NCBI RefSeq assembly: GCF_964355755.1
Contig: NC_092678.1
Location: 23,887,365 to 23,951,364 of the forward strand
From: Antedon mediterranea
Lineage: Eukaryota > Animalia > Echinodermata
Length of the DNA: 64,000 nucleotides
Reading direction: 5' to 3'
The notes beneath the pieces are model-generated. The model saw nothing but the letters and a program-made list of their open reading frames with translations. It was not told the origin of the DNA and did no database searches. Shown here piece after piece: positions 35,471 through 48,200 of this stretch. A program made the position numbers and the translations under genes. The stretch's first letter is position 1, and every line of letters starts with the position of its first letter.

Positions 35471-38400
35471 TTATTAACAGTATCATCATCATCATCATCA
35501 TCATCATCTTTATTAACAGTATCATAATCTTTATTAAAGTATGTTCATCATCATCATCTTTATTAACAGTATCATCATCATCTTTATTAACAGTATTATC
35601 ATCATCTTTATTAGCAGTATCATCAGTCATCAGCATCATTTATATCATCATCAGTGGTTTAACATACTGTAGGGGAAATAGACCCCTGGTTTAATATCTT
35701 TTTACTGAGCCCTGCTCATAGATGATACGCCACTGATCATCATCTTCGTTCTAATCATAACCATTGTCATCATTATCCACATCATCTATCATTGTCATAA
35801 TCATAATTGTTATCATTTTCTATCATAATCATCTTTCTTCATTCATTTCATTATTTCACAGCATATGTTCAATTACGTAGCTAGCCACAATAAGATGCCT
35901 GCCAATTATGAAATAAGAAACAAAGCGGGCCTTACACCAATGGAGCTGTCCTTTCAGTTAGGCCGTAGCCAATTGTTTTCTAACCTGCTAGACCTTGCAA
36001 GCGTACCACAGTGGTCTTTTGGAAATATTACCTATGCTGCTTACCCGCTTTCGTTAATTGATACGATTGGGAAAAATGGAGAAACAAGTGAGTATCTTAT
36101 TGAATGCTTATCCCTAATACTCACCTTTCGTAATCCATACTACGTCTAATTATTGAAAAATACTTTTCTGAACACAAACATCTTGATAATATTATGATTA
36201 TTTCATATGAGGTTTAATTCATTTAATTTTTTTCTTTATTTCCAGATGAAAATTCAGCTCTCCGGATTATTGTTCGAGGAGAAACACAGGAACATCTTGA
36301 AATGTTGGATGGGGAAATTATCAACACACTACTGATGGAAAAATGGAAGACATACGCACGGGTTAGTTAGACATATGCACGGGTTAGTTAGACATATGCA
36401 CGGGTTAGTTAGACATATGCACGGGTTAGTTAGACATATGCACGGGTTAGCTAGACATAAGCAAGGGTTAGTTAGACATATGCACGGGTTAGCTAGACAT
36501 GCACGGTTTAGGAGCTATCTTATTTTATAATACTTTCATTGTTTGTTGAGACTATACTAAATGTTATGTGTTCCTTTGATGACTAAATTGTACTGATGTA
36601 GTTATAAAGGAAGAATAGGGATGCAGTTGTCAAAAAGTAATTCTGCTGCGTATAGTTGCTTCATGCGTTGTTAAAAGCGAAGGCTTGCATGTCAGTGAAT
36701 TTAATCATTCTAAAGATTGGTATTAATTATTGGAATGTAATTGTAAATAGTGTTTTTTATAATACTATAGTACCAAATTTGTATATTAATAGTTAATGGT
36801 CGCTTGTGTTTTACCTTACATGTTATTTTTTTTTGTCTCATAAGTAATGATTTATATTTTCATTTCAGAACAAATTCTATTTCAAGTTTGTTTGGGCGTT
36901 GCTGCATTTATGTCTTCTTTCAATTGCTGTGTATCTACGTCCAAAAGGAGACCTCATGTCGTCAGACCCTGATGGGGGCTTAGCAAGATTCAATATATGC
37001 ATGGTAATTATATTCTCAACACTTTCTATTAAACAGTAGAACACCTACAGGCACACTTTCAGTACCCAACAAAGTATCTGCTATAGTATTAAAACATTTA
37101 ATACCCCTTATTAGTGTTTCAATTGAAAGTCTCTCCTTTTTTTCATAACATCCAACATTGAGCAACTCGCCAATTACAAGATGGCCAGATATTTTTATAA
37201 TTTATCGTTCTTAAAAACTAAATCCCATTGAAAGCTTAGGGAATTGAGTTGAAAGAGTTGTGAGTAAGGTACAACCCTGGCCCTGTAGGTCAGGATTGAA
37301 CACCGGCCTTTGGGATTGGAAGGCAAGCATCTCAACCATCGGCTACAGCTATCTACCTTTAAGCTCTGTCTTCACTATCAAACGAGTTTGAAAAAAAAGT
37401 ATGATATGCCCAATGATCGTGATATATGCTTACATATGGTAGTGATGATATCATCATGTCTATATATAAAATTTTTTTGTCACATAAAGTTTGATAGTGT
37501 AGACAGAGCTTAATAGAGGTGTGATCTTAAGAGGGTTTTCAGTGTAATAATAAATTGTATTACTGGATTTATGTGTGTGATTATTTATTAGGTTATCATT
37601 GTTGTCTTTAACACAGGTAAGATGGGTAGCAGAGATTTGTGTTTTAATTGGCTGTGTTGCAAAAACAGTTATTGAGATTAGAGAAATTATCTCACGTGGA
37701 TCCATCAAGTCATACCTCAAGAGTCTGGTAAGATTGTATAATAACTATACTAGGTCTAGTAGAAAGACATGGTAAAGAAATAAACCAATTAAGATAATAT
37801 ATTCTGATTGGTAGCCTGTTTAATTTGGTAATTGATTTATGTAATAGTAGTAATTCATTCATTCAATCTTTTATTTCTTAATCTCTGGTCCATAGAAAAT
37901 AAAATTACGTAAATTAATCAATTTAAAAGAAAACTGTACTCAACTCAATGATGTACAAATAGTATTTACATTTTTATAAATTTTTTCCATTTTTAATTAA
38001 TATTTTCTCTATCTTTCAGTTTTCTTCTTTCCTCTGTTTATTTTTATTTTTTCTGATTTTCATTAAACCAATGAATTATATTTTTGTTTTCAGTATATGA
38101 TGCCAGCAAAGTCAGCGTTTTTAATATCCATCATCATGCTCTACCTCTGCGTACCATTTAGATTGTGTCGCCTAAAAAATGTAGAAGAAACATTTCTTTC
38201 AATACTTCTTCCATTTTCCTGGTGTTATATATTATTCTTTTATAGGTGAGTCAAAATTTGACAATTTAATTGTTTTCTTGAAAGAATTTCATTTAGCTTC
38301 GATTTTGTATAGATGACAAATTTCGTTTTTGTAAAAGCACAAGTTAACGGAGTGCAAGGATACCTTAAGCCTGAAAGAAAATGCATATGCAGTAAATTTA

Positions 38401-41400
38401 CCTTGAAATATATAATACTGGTTATGTCTTTCAGAGCAATGAAGAGACTGGGACCATTTATTCACATGATTTATGAAATGTTAATGGGTGATCTGCTTCG
38501 CTTCTCAATTATCTATACAATTTTTATTTTTATGTTTTCACAAGGTAAATAATAATGTTTTAATTTTAATTTGATTTATAGTTATTGTTTTAGTTTGTTA
38601 TTTATACTGGGTGACCTCTTCAGACTGGTCTCCAAGAGGGCACATGTTATGATAATACACCGGGGTAACCCCTACTCATTTCGAAAGATGTACCTTTAAA
38701 GTACACTGAGCTAGATGTATACACTGGTTTATAGTCCTTATCCGAGTCCTTATCGAGAAGACTCGAAACCTTGCCGATGTTATGGCTACGTAAATACGGT
38801 TCCACTGTCGTAACCGCTCGGCCACTCACTCGCACACTTGTTAGTAATATCACATAGATATCCAAAGATATCCCACGCCACTAATTGAGGTGTACACAAA
38901 TCTAAACTTTATTTTGCCACTAAAACTAAACATGCTTGTCTCCTAATGTTTAATATATTGTCTTTTTTAGTGTTTTTCTATATGTACAAAGAGACAGACC
39001 ACGAGGCAACAGATGACACCTTTGCCACAGCTCATGGCTCTGTAATGTCTGTGTTTAAAATGACCTTAGGTGACTTTTCTGTAAGTAATACCATTTTTTC
39101 TAAGTGTTGTAGTAGATACATAATACTTATCCCTGAGACCCCTGGTGTAGGTACGCTGAGTGGGCCTCCAACGCTGGACGCCTCAGGCGTTTTTAGCTTT
39201 CTTTGACTTATTTGAATGCCTTTTTATTCCTTCGGGCCATGTTCAGCAGCCCCAATAAGTTTGGTGGTACCCTGGGTTTAGCCAGTGAGAGCTCATAGCC
39301 GTTACACCACTAAGTATAGCTAGCCAGTCGTTGATATCCGAAAGTCAGCCCATAGAAGAGAGGAAAAAGAATGTGAAACACTTTTGTGGTGTAACACTAT
39401 TTAATGTTGTCATACTGTTCTATAAAAATGTAAGAAATCAACGTAACTTTGTGGGGCTATGTCATTAGCACTGTTAACCTAAAGCTGTAGGTCTTTCCCT
39501 AGTAGATAGTAGTGCAGTCGACTCTCTGAAAACAGAAAGACTCCCAAACCAGACTTTTTTAAATCCAAATTAATTTATACCATTAAAAACACATTCTGAA
39601 TACTAGACTTCCCAGAAAACTTTTTGTTTAGGTCAGCCCAATACAAGGGTGTTCGGTATTGGGAGATTTAACTGTATATAAGTACATACTTTTTAAAGAC
39701 TAAATAGCAAAATGATAATTATTTTGAAATACTTTTATATTTTTAGGATGATTTGTTTGACAAAACAGAGCATTGGCTTTTATCAAGAATTGTCTTTGTA
39801 TTATTTGCTATTTATCTACCAATCTTGTTGCTTAATATGTTAATAGCGATGATGGGTCGCACTTACACAAAAATCGAACAAAAGGCAAAGAGGGAGTGGA
39901 GAAGACAGGTACATAATCTACAAATGTTGAATATCAATTTAGTTACCCCATCTATATTTGTCTGACATAATTTAATTTATCAAAATCAATCAAAAATAAA
40001 ATCTAGCTTATATAAAAGTTACACTGTGACAATGTGTCAGTGCGAACTGAAATGAATTGTATTGTCACCTAACTTGTTTTTACCAAGTCAAGGAGTTAAT
40101 CAAACTTTGTGGTAATGTACCGACCAAAATCATCTTAAGAAAGTGCTTTGTTAAAAAAGTATGTGACTACCAACTGAAATTTTCTGAAACTTGTCTAAAG
40201 CTCTGTCTACACTATCAAACTAGTTTGTCAAAAAAAGTGTGATGTGCCCTAAAATATGGTAATGATTTGGCCACATATGGTAGTGATATGACATCATCAT
40301 GTTCATATAATTATGGGAACATTATCATTTTTTGTCACATAAAGTTTGATAGTTTAGACAGAGCTTAATATGACTAAACATACTGATTGTCACTCTGGCC
40401 CATAAGTGATAACATTATTTTTCTTAATTGTTTGTTTTACAGTTAGCAATCATAATTTTAAATGTAGAAAGAGCCATTTCTAAGAAAGACTTAGCCCAGA
40501 TGCGATTAAAATATTCCACTGAGATTACAGTAAGGCGTAAACAAAAGAAGGTTATTAAGAAGAGTTCATCGCGTGTTGGTTCTTGTGCGAGCTTCTACGA
40601 GGACCAGGATGCATCTAGGTAAACTTCTTTTTCTTCATTTTATCTTTTTATTTATCGACAATTATACCTAGCCACTTCAAAAGTCATTTTGTAATGGCTG
40701 TTGTGCATTAAATACTTAGTGTGAATAAGAATATAGAATGCCGAAAGTGTAACATTAAAATCTATAAACAACACAAGTTTCATTTTGTTGTCAAAGCTGA
40801 ATACTTACTACAAAAAATAACTGTTTAGATACAAAATAAATGAACACAAAGTTATAAGCAGGTAGAAAAGGAGAGAAATAGAAAAACACACCATACTGTA
40901 CCAAAAATGATGTTGTGTGTTGTACTGCCAGGGTCCAGGGTTCAATTCTAAGCTTGTACCAATTTAACTCATGCCTGTTTCTACTCCACTTTCTTAAGGA
41001 TCAAAATGATACCTAATTTGTAAGTGCCTATAGTTTCCATCTTGTAATTGGTTATATTCTGTAAATCATATACAGTTAAATTATATATTACTTTTTTTTT
41101 ACCTTTTTTCAGTTCTAGAACAAATCTTATGAGTTTGTCTACATTGTATTCACGGAGCAACTATCATGCACCGTCAAATGACACAGAACAGGAGTCAGTG
41201 ACGGGTCAGAATTGTGAGGTAGAAGAAGAAGAGAAGGAAGAAACCTTTAGAGCTCTCATGTTTCTAAAACGATCTGACCCAGAAAAGAAAAAGAACTGTA
41301 GTCAAGCTCAACAAAATTGGATGGTAGGTATAATTTATAAACATATTCAGAGATTTTCTGAAGATATTTATTAATTATTTATTTATTTTATTTATGAAGG

Positions 41401-42131
41401 TGGTCTATTTTTAACATAGGCCTATAAATAGTATTTTAACATTGCCTATTGCAATTGGATTTATTTTTCTTTGTTGTTTTATTGTATTAATTATACCAAG
41501 CAAATTTCCATTTTCAAGTGGACAAATAACATTTCTTGAATCATCCATCTGAAGCTGATAATTAGGAACCCTCATAACAATATAAATTTTATATAATTAA
41601 TTCATAATTAGCTAAATAATAAAATGTATAATAGAAAAAAAATGGGTTTAGAAATTAAAATTTGATTTAGTTTTATTTAACATCTGAGAAAAATATTTTT
41701 TTAGGAAACATTTGATGGAATCATGTCGAACATCAAAAGGACGATAGTTTAGGAGGCAAGCGAGAACCTTTAAAATGAAGGCATTCATGTTGATATTGAT
41801 ATCTGTTATGAAGAAGAAGAGTATTGATACAAAATTCCTAAAAAATAACAGCTCATGACTACTATTACACTTAAAATAAAACATCTTGACTTGGTAGGAT
41901 GTGCTGTAATGTAATCTACACCTCATTCATGCGTTATCTGTTTACTGCAGTACCGGGGTATTTTTATGTATTTAGTATCCTAAAAAATAATCTTTTTTTT
42001 TTCAGAAATCTATGAAGGCAGCAAAAAACAAAAGTAAAAGTAGTAATGAAATGAAATTGACTAAAAAGGAAAGTGTAAACAGAGAGGTAGTACAAAAAAT
42101 AGAGAATAGTTTACCAAATGTAGCAAGCTGA
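33288..42131 (+). CDS. TRPV-family cation channel (Nanchung/Inactive/OSM-9/OCR-like), ~850 aa, 14 coding exons
   Basis: Phase-consistent GT-AG exons 33288-33602, 34012-34261, 34515-34867, 35862-36087, 36246-36361, 36869-37003, 37617-37727, 38094-38245, 38435-38544, 38971-39080, 39747-39908, 40443-40618, 41113-41323 and 42006-42131 (2553 nt). Ankyrin repeats ([26 protein letters not shown]), pore FKMTLGDF, S6 LLNMLIAMM and TRP box EWRRQ. Confidence 0.93.
34940..35640. repeat. Intronic minisatellite TTTATTAACAGTAT(CAT)n
   Basis: More than 20 units of ~21-33 bp with variable CAT number. Confidence 0.95.
36348..36510 (+). repeat. 21-bp tandem repeat spanning a TRPV splice donor
   Basis: AGACATATGCACGG/GTTAGTT repeated 7 times plus a degenerate eighth unit. 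Confidence 0.95.
37200..37349 (-). mobile_element. tRNA-derived SINE fragment
   Basis: Minus strand has A-box TAGCCGATGG and B-box GTGTTCAATCC at tRNA-like spacing, with no complete cloverleaf. Confidence 0.6.
37362..37510. mobile_element. PIF/Harbinger-like MITE
   Basis: ~22-bp TIR AGCTCTGTCT(A/T)CACTATCAAAC with TWA flanks. Same family as 40199-40365. Confidence 0.8.
38608..38832 (-). mobile_element. tRNA-derived SINE remnant (MetaSINE-like core)
   Basis: A-box TGGCCGAGCGGTTA, core GTCTTCTCGATAAGGAC...TATAAACC...TTTCGAAATGAGTAGGGGTT. The family assignment is from recall. Confidence 0.55.
40199..40365. mobile_element. PIF/Harbinger-like MITE
   Basis: TIRs AGCTCTGTCTACACTATCAAACT / AGTTTGATAGTTTAGACAGAGCT with TSD TAA on both sides. 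Confidence 0.85.
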
Positions 42132-42249
42132 ACACCATTTAATAGCTACAATACTAATCAGTTTACAGCGGTCGCTCTACAACAACAAATTTTTTAGAAA
42201 ACAGTTATATGTACTGTAGAAAATTTCATTTTGAAAAAATTCCTGGGCA

Positions 42250-45200
42250 ACAGGGATTTTTGTTGCAAAAATATTCCCACATATATGCGCAGAAGTACAA
42301 AAATAAAGCGATTTTTGCGCATAATCAAAGAAGATTAAATATCGGCATATTTTTGCTGATATTTTAAGAAATCCCTGAATTATATGTAGAAATATGTTCA
42401 TATAGATATCATGATGCTGAATAAATATATGCAAAAATATTCCCACATATATGGGCAGAAATGCAAAAATATAGCACTTTTTGCACATACCATGCACATA
42501 CTCTCAGAATTATCGAATATCGGCATATTTTTGCTGATTTTTTTAGAAATCCCTGAATTATAAGCAGAAATATGTTCATATATTGAAAGAGCATCCTCAT
42601 ACGCTGCTATGTACCAAATTTCATCAAAATCCGAGATGGTCGAAATTTTACACCTAAAAAATCCCAGGGATCCATCTTGGATTTTGCTGAAATTTTGTAC
42701 ATAGCATCATATGGTGATGCTGAATAAATATATGGAAAAATATTCCCATATATATGCGCAGAAGTGCAAAAATAAAGCAATTTTTGCGCATAATCAAAGA
42801 TGAATAAATATCAGCATATTTTTGCTGAATTTTTAAGAAATCCCTGAATTATATGTAGAAATATGTTCATATATAAATAGATATGATGATGCTGAATAAA
42901 TATATGCAAAAATATTCCTACATATATGCGCAGAAGTGCAAAAATAAAGCAATTTTTGCGCATAATCAAAGATGAATAAATATCAGCATATTTTTGCTGA
43001 AACTTAAGAAATCCCTGAATTATATGTAGAAATATGTTCATATAGATATGATGATGCTGAATAAATATATGCAAAAATATCCCCACATATATGCGCAGAA
43101 GTTAAAAAATAAAGCGATTTTTGCGCATAATCAAAGAAGATAAAAATATTTTTGCTGATTTTTAAAGAAATCCCTGAATTATATGTAGAAATATGTTCAT
43201 ATATAAATAGATATGATGATGCTGAATAAATATATGCCAAAATAATCCCACATATATGCGCAGAAGTGCAAAAATATAGCACTTTTTGCACATACTCTCA
43301 GAATTATCGAATATCGGTATATTTTTGCTAATTTTTTTTAGAAATTCCTGAATTATATGCAGAAATATGTTCATATATTGAAAGAGCATCGTCATACGCT
43401 GCTATGTACCAAATGTCATCAAAATCCGAGATGGTCGAAATTTTACCCCTAAAAAATCCCAGGGATTTTTTCCGCGTAAAATTTCGACCATCTTGGATTT
43501 TGTTGAAATTTTGTACATAGCATCATATGGTGATGCTGAATAAATATATGGAAAAATATTCCCATATATATGCGCAGAAGTGCAAAAATAAAGCAATTTT
43601 TGCGCATAATCAAAGATGAATAAATATCAGCATATTTTTGCTGAGTTTTTCAGAAATCCCTGAATTATATGTAGAAATATGTTCATATATAAATAGATAT
43701 GATGATGCTGAATAAATATATGCAAAAATATTCCCACATATATGCGCAGAAGTGCAAAAATAAAGCAATTTTTGCGCATAATCAAAGATGAATAAATATC
43801 AGCATAATTTTGCTGAAACTTAAGAAATCCCTGAATTATATGTAGAAATATGTTCATATAGATATGATGATGCTGAATAAATATATGCAAAAATATTCCC
43901 ACATTATATGCGCAGAAATGCAAAAATATAGCACTTTTTGCACATACCATGCACATACTCTCAGAATTATCGAATATCGGCATATTTTTGCTGATTTTTT
44001 TAGAAATCCCTGAATTATAAGCAGAAATATGTTCATATATTGAAAGAGCATCCTCATACGCTGCTATGTACCAAATTTCATCAAAATCCGAGATGGTCGA
44101 AATTTTACACCTAAAAAAGCCCAGGGATCCATCTTGGATTTTGCTGAAATTTTGTACATAGCATCATATAGTGATGCTGAATAAATATATGGAAAAATAT
44201 TCCCATATATATGCGCAGAAGTACAAAAATAAAGCAATTTTTGCGCATAATCAAAGATGAATAAATATCAGCATATTTTTGCTGAATTTTTCAGAAATCC
44301 CTGAATTATATGTAGAAATATGTTCATATATAAATAGATATGATGATGCTGAATAAATATATGCAAAAATATTCCCACATATATGCGCAGAAGTGCAAAA
44401 ATATAGCACTTTTTGCACATACTCTCAGAATTATCGAATATCGGTATATTTTTACTAATTTTTTTAGAAATCCCTGAATTATATGCAGAAATATGTTCAT
44501 ATATTGAAAGAGCATCGTCATACGCTGCTATGTACCAAATTTCATCAAAATCCGAGATGGTCGAAATTTTACCCCTAAAAAATCCCTGACCTATATAGCC
44601 CAGGGATTTTTTCCGCGTAAAATTTCGACCATCTTGGATTTTGCTGAAATTTTTTACATAGCATCATATGGTGATGCTGAATAAATATATGCAAAAATAT
44701 TCCCACATATATGCGCAGAAGTACAAAAATAAAGCGATTTTTGCGCATAATCAAAGAATATTAAATATCGGCATATTTTTGCTGATTTTTTAAGAAATCC
44801 CTGAATTATATGTAGAAATATGTTCATATATAAATAGATATGATTATGCTGAATAAATATATGCAAAATATTCCCACATATATGCGCGGAAGTGCAAAAA
44901 TATAGCACTTTTTGCACATACTCTCAGAATTATCGATTATCGGTATATTTTTACTAATTTTTTTAGAAATCCCTGAATTATATGCAGAAATATGTTCATA
45001 TATTGAAAGAGCATCGTCATACGCTGCTATGTACCAAATTTCATCAAAATCCGAGATGGTCGAAATTTTACCCCTAAAAAATCCCTGACCTATATAGCCC
45101 AGGGATTTTTTCCGCGTAAAATTTCGACCATCTTGGATTTTGCTGAAATTTTTTACATAGCATCATATGGTGATGCTGAATAAATATATGCAAAAATATT

Positions 45201-48200
45201 CCCACATATATGCGCAGAAGTACAAAAATAAAGCGATTTTTGCGCATAATCAAAGAAGATTAAATATCGGCATATTTTTGCTGATTTTTTAAGAAATCCC
45301 TGAATTATATGTAGAAATATGTTCATATATAAATAGATATGATGATGCTGAATAAATATATGCAAAATATTCCCACATATATGCGCGGAAGTGCAAAAAT
45401 ATAGCACTTTTTGCACATACTCTCAGAATTATCGAATATCGGTATATTTTTACTAATTTTTTTAGAAATCCCTGAATTATATGCAGAAATATGTTCATAT
45501 ATTGAAAGAGCATCGTCATACGCTGCTATGTACCAAATTTTATCAAAATCCGAGATGGTCGAAATTTTACCCCTAAAAAATCCCTGAGCTTATAGCCCAG
45601 GGATTTTTTCCGCGTAAAATTTCGACCATCTTGGATTTTGCTGAAATTTTTTACATAGCATCATATGGTGATGCTGAATAAATATATGCAAAAATATTCT
45701 CACATATATGCGCAGAAGTACAAAAATAAAGCGATTTTTGCGCATAATCAAAGAAGATTAAATATCGGCATCTTTTTGCTGATTTTTTAAGAAATCCCTA
45801 AATTATATGTAGAAATATGTTCATATATAAATAGATATGATGATGCTGAATAAATATATGCCAAAATATTCCCACATATATGCGCAGAAGTACAAAAATA
45901 AAGCGATTTTTGCGCATAATCAAAGAAGATTAAATATCGGCATATTTTTGCTGATTTTTTAAGAAATCCCTGAATTATATGTAGAAATATGTTCATATAT
46001 AAATAGATATGATTATGCTGAATAAATATATGCAAAATATTCCCACATATATGCGCGGAAGTGCAAAAATATAGCACTTTTTGCACATACTCTCAGAATT
46101 ATCGATTATCGGTATATTTTTACTAATTTTTTTAGAAATCCCTGAATTATATGCAGAAATATGTTCATATATTGAAAGAGCATCGTCATACGCTGCTATG
46201 TACCAAATTTCATCAAAATCCGAGATGGTCGAAATTTTACCCCTAAAAAATCCCTGACCTATAGCCCAGGGATTTTTTCCGCGTAAAATTTCGACCATCT
46301 TGGATTTTGCTGAAATTTTTTACATAGCATCATATGGTGATGCTGAATAAATATATGCAAAAATATTCCCACATATATGCGCAGAAGTACAAAAATAAAG
46401 CGATTTTTGCGCATAATCAAAGAAGTTTAAATATCGGCATATTTTTGCTGATTTTTTAAGAAATCCCTGAATTATATGTAGAAATATGTTCATATATAAA
46501 TAGATATGATTATGCTGAATAAATATATGCCAAAATATTCCCACATATATGCGCAGAAGTGCAAAAATATAGCACTTTTTGCACATACTCTCAGAATTAT
46601 CGAATATCGGTATATTTTTACTAATTTTTTTAGAAGTCCCTGAATTATATGCAGAAATATGTTCATATATTGAAAGAGCATCGTCATACGCTGCTATGTA
46701 CCAAATTTCATCAAAATCCGAGATGGTCGAAATTTTACCCCTAAAAAATCCCTGACCTATAGCCCAGGGATTTTTTCCGCGTAAAATTTCGACCATCTTG
46801 GATTTTGCTGAAATTTTTTACATAGCATCATATGGTGATGCTGAATAAATATATGCCAAAAGATTCCCACATATATGCGCAGAAGTACAAAAATAAAGCG
46901 ATTTTTGCGCATAATCAAAGAAGATTAAATATCGGCATATTTTTGCTGATTTTTTAAGAAATCCCTGAATTATATGTAGAAATATGTTCATATATAAATA
47001 GATATGATTATGCTGAATAAATATATGCAAAATATTCCCACATATATGCGCGGAAGTGCAAAAATATAGCACTTTTTGCACATACTCTCAGAATTATCGA
47101 TTATCGGTATATTTTTACTAATTTTTTTAGAAATCCCTGAATTATATGCAGAAATATGTTCATATATTGAAAGAGCATCGTCATACGCTGCTATGTACCA
47201 AATTTCATCAAAATCCGAGATGGTCGAAATTTTACCCCTAAAAAATCCCTGACCTATAGCCCAGGGATTTTTTCCGCGTAAAATTTCGACCATCTTGGAT
47301 TTTGCTGAAATTTTGTACATAGCATCATATGGTGATGCTGAATAAATATATGCCAAAATATTCCCACATATATGCGCAGAAGTACAAAAATAAAGCGATT
47401 TTTGCGCATAATCAAAGAAGATTAAATATCGGCATATTTTTGCTGATTTTTTAAGAAATCCCTGAATTATATGTAGAAATATGTTCATATATAAATAGAT
47501 ATGATGATGCTGAATAAATATATGCCAAAATATTCCCACATATATGCGCAGAAGTACAAAAATATAGCACTTTTTGCACATACTCTCAGAATTATCGAAT
47601 ATCGGTATATTTTTACTAATTTTTTTAGAAATCCCTGAATTATATGCAGAAATATGTTCATATATTGAAAGAGCATCGTCATACGCTGCTATGTACCAAA
47701 TTTCATCAAAATCCGAGATGGTCGAAATTTTACCCCTAAAAAATCCCTGAGCTATAGCCCAGGGATTTTTTCCGCGTAAAATTTCGACCATCTTGTATTT
47801 TGCTGAAATTTTGTACATAGCATCATATGGTGATGCTGAATAAATATATGCAAAAATATTCCCACATATATGCGCAGAAGTACAAAAATAAAGCGATTTT
47901 TGCGCATAATCAAAAAAGATAAAATATCGGCATATTTTTGCTGATTTTTTAAGAAATCCCTGAATTATATGTAGAAATATGTTCATATATAAATAGATAT
48001 GATGATGCTGAATAAATATATGCCAAAATATTCTCACATATATGCGCAGAAGTACAAAAATATAGCACTTTTTGCACATACTCTCAGAATTATCGAATAT
48101 CGGTATATTTTTACTAATTTTTTTAGAAATCCCTGAATTATATGCAGAAATATGTTCATATATTGAAAGAGCATCGTCATACGCTGCTATGTACCAAATT

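Noticed and set aside
34877-35477. Ile/Met/Ser-rich ORFs
   Set aside because: Translations of an intronic minisatellite.
37290-37349. tRNA gene
   Set aside because: A and B boxes are present but there is no acceptor stem or full cloverleaf, so it fits a SINE head.
39130-39360. Structured ncRNA in a GC-richer intronic patch
   Set aside because: No recognisable boxes or convincing fold; probably an old TE fragment.
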